Shown here piece after piece: positions 62,129-64,000 of a stretch of DNA of 64,000 bases. The notes beneath the pieces were generated by a model, which did no database searches, was not told the origin of the DNA, and was given only the letters and a program-made list of their open reading frames with translations. A program made the position numbers and the translations under genes. Within the stretch, counting starts at the first letter, position 1. Each line of letters opens with the position of its first letter. The stretch is from Botryllus schlosseri (lineage: Eukaryota): NCBI GenBank assembly GCA_051294905.1, contig CM119371.1, forward strand, positions 19,160,001-19,224,000, given 5' to 3'.

Positions 62129-63729
62129 AGTGTTGTGGCTGGTTAAAAAAATTACCACAGCAACATTTGTACCAAACATGCATTTGCTGCATTCAAGTTG
62201 TTCAGGATGACTTCATGATTGGGAGCCAGAGGGTTCCGTACTAGCCTACATAACTGATGACGCAGCCTATCCCTTTCAGCCCCGGCTCGCGAAAACAAAC
62301 AGAGCATAAGCTAAAGCTAATTTCAAATATGTAATATAAATTTCCTTTCTGCTGCCCTTAAAATTCACAATTGCTTTTTCAGAAACTTAGCAAAGCACAC
62401 ATGAAGGTTGAAAGATTTTGGTCGACTGAAGGCGCGGTGTTCGACTTTGCTCAGAAACTGCAATCCGCTAAGGCCAGAATGATACAGAGTATGGTATACG
62501 CAATGAAGACAAGACCTGGTGGTGATCCAAGTATCGCTGGCCCAGACGTCGGAAATGCTCTGTGTGACTTTCTCAATAAACAATGCTCTTGCTTAACCAG
62601 ATGTGTTTGTGCTGTTTCATTTTATTCGTGAGAGAAACTATAACTTAATGCACACTTGCACAGTTCCACCTTTTTCATCAGTATCCTCCATCTAGACCTG
62701 CGAAAAGATCAAATTAAGTTATACTTGCCTAACATTGCATAACAAAGGAATGACTTGGTTGTAACAAGATAATGAAGGCAAAGGTGAAAACCTAATTATG
62801 GCTTGGATGATGTGTGATGGTTTACCAGCCCGTTGGTACAATTTCAATTTTGGTTAGTGATTCAGAGCTAAGGACATCATTCTCTGTTGCGCTGCCACTA
62901 TCAAAGCAGATGTTACTAAATCCCCTATTCAGTTGGCGTATATGACGGTGACTAACCTACGCACAGCATATCCGTGGTTAGAAACTTGCCTTTGATGTAA
63001 CAAATTTGGTAACGGTTAAGATCACCTACCAAATTAGTGTTGAAGTACTAAAGTTTTCAGGCAACTCACCCAATGCTGCATCATTTGGAGATGGTGTTCT
63101 ACCTTTTTAGCCGTGCTCTGTTTACAAAACTACAGAAAAAAGAAGTTGACTAGTAGTCAGTGACTACGTATTGTGGGCATACATAATATAAATCCAAGAA
63201 TAATGCATTCCCAACACCATTACACAAGAAGATCAAATGCCGCAGGTAGCTGGCCTCGAAATAGGAAGCAGCCTGAATGAACAGCGCGTTACCGTAACTA
63301 AATGTTTGATTGACGGCGTTCCGGGAACCCAGCTGCGCCATTCGTGTTCATACCCAGTTGGTCCCGTAAAAATCTCCGAAAATAAGCGCGTTCATACCGC
63401 CCCGAAAAACCAGTGTTATGTTCACATAGAGGGGTTCCGGTAAACATTTTCGAGAAATGTTATTCCCGGAACCCCGGTATGAAAAGGGCCCAAGATAGAT
63501 TCCCGGCGAAATCAGTCCGTCGCGGGATATGCTTGAGTAGAGGTACGGAATTGCGTATGTCGACTGTGGGGAGTGCTGCAATCGACCATTCTGGCGTACT
63601 AATTTACTGATTTTCCCCAATTGGTTTAGTTTTTGTTGGATTCTTGAGCATAGTGAGGCAGTGCTGCGTACTAGGGTCTAATATAACTTTTAACAATGCA
63701 CATTTATCAAAGTACCAACTAGCTGTGAG

Positions 63730-64000
63730 CAATGTTCCCTCTAAGCTGCGCACGTGCGCAAATGCGCAGTGCTGACCAAGCCCCGAACTACTGCCATCTC
63801 CGGCTAAGCAAATTTGCGTTGTCACCATGTTACAGTTGCATTGTGGGGGATAGGCTGGACGACTTAGTACAGGCGCTTATGGAAAAACGTCCAGTTTTAA
63901 AATATATTTGATTCGTATTGGGTTTGTAGTATTTTATACGAATGGAGCTTTGAATGAATAATCATCATAACATTCAGGATTTGTTTCAGCCCAATATCTC
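63730..64000. mobile_element. Possible left end of a hAT-type MITE running off the window
   Basis: CAATGTTCCCTCTAAGCTGCGC followed by TGCGC repeats. The partner end is not in the window. Confidence 0.4.

Larger units (their letters stand above)
57456..63490 (+). mobile_element. PIF/Harbinger relic hosting several nested hAT MITEs
   Basis: 17-bp TIR GGCCCTTTTCATACCGG with flanks TAA/CAA. Subterminal ATGTTCACATAGAG and GCGCGTTCATACC occur at both ends. Transposase remnants DAAYPFQP and KLSKAHMKVE..FGRLKAR at ~62230-62440. Confidence 0.8.

Overview
Repeat-saturated eukaryotic genomic DNA, probably from an invertebrate animal (AT-rich, many ~55-65 bp introns). The only clear host gene is a tandem C2H2 zinc-finger exon (11492-13048, minus; 14 intact fingers) with a degenerate duplicate of its 3' end. 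Most of the rest is nested DNA transposons: many hAT-type elements and MITEs with 8-bp TSDs, Chapaev3-like and Harbinger remnants, pogo-like MITEs, foldback elements and tRNA-headed SINE fragments. The main finding is two divergent P-superfamily (THAP9/Galileo-like) elements, P1 (36229-43228) and P2 (44452-50745), each with long TIRs and an exact 7-bp TSD. In both, the intron-rich THAP-DDE transposase stops about 40-50 aa after the catalytic glutamate. A homologue of the missing C-terminal (YIAGY) domain is encoded by a separate second gene reading inward from one end. This suggests a split, two-gene P transposase. P1 sits in a repeatedly reused GTGAGAC target site, inside a ~20.7-kb pile of insertions that interrupts one copy of an old local duplication. 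Family assignments come from motifs I recalled and read by eye, not from database searches.
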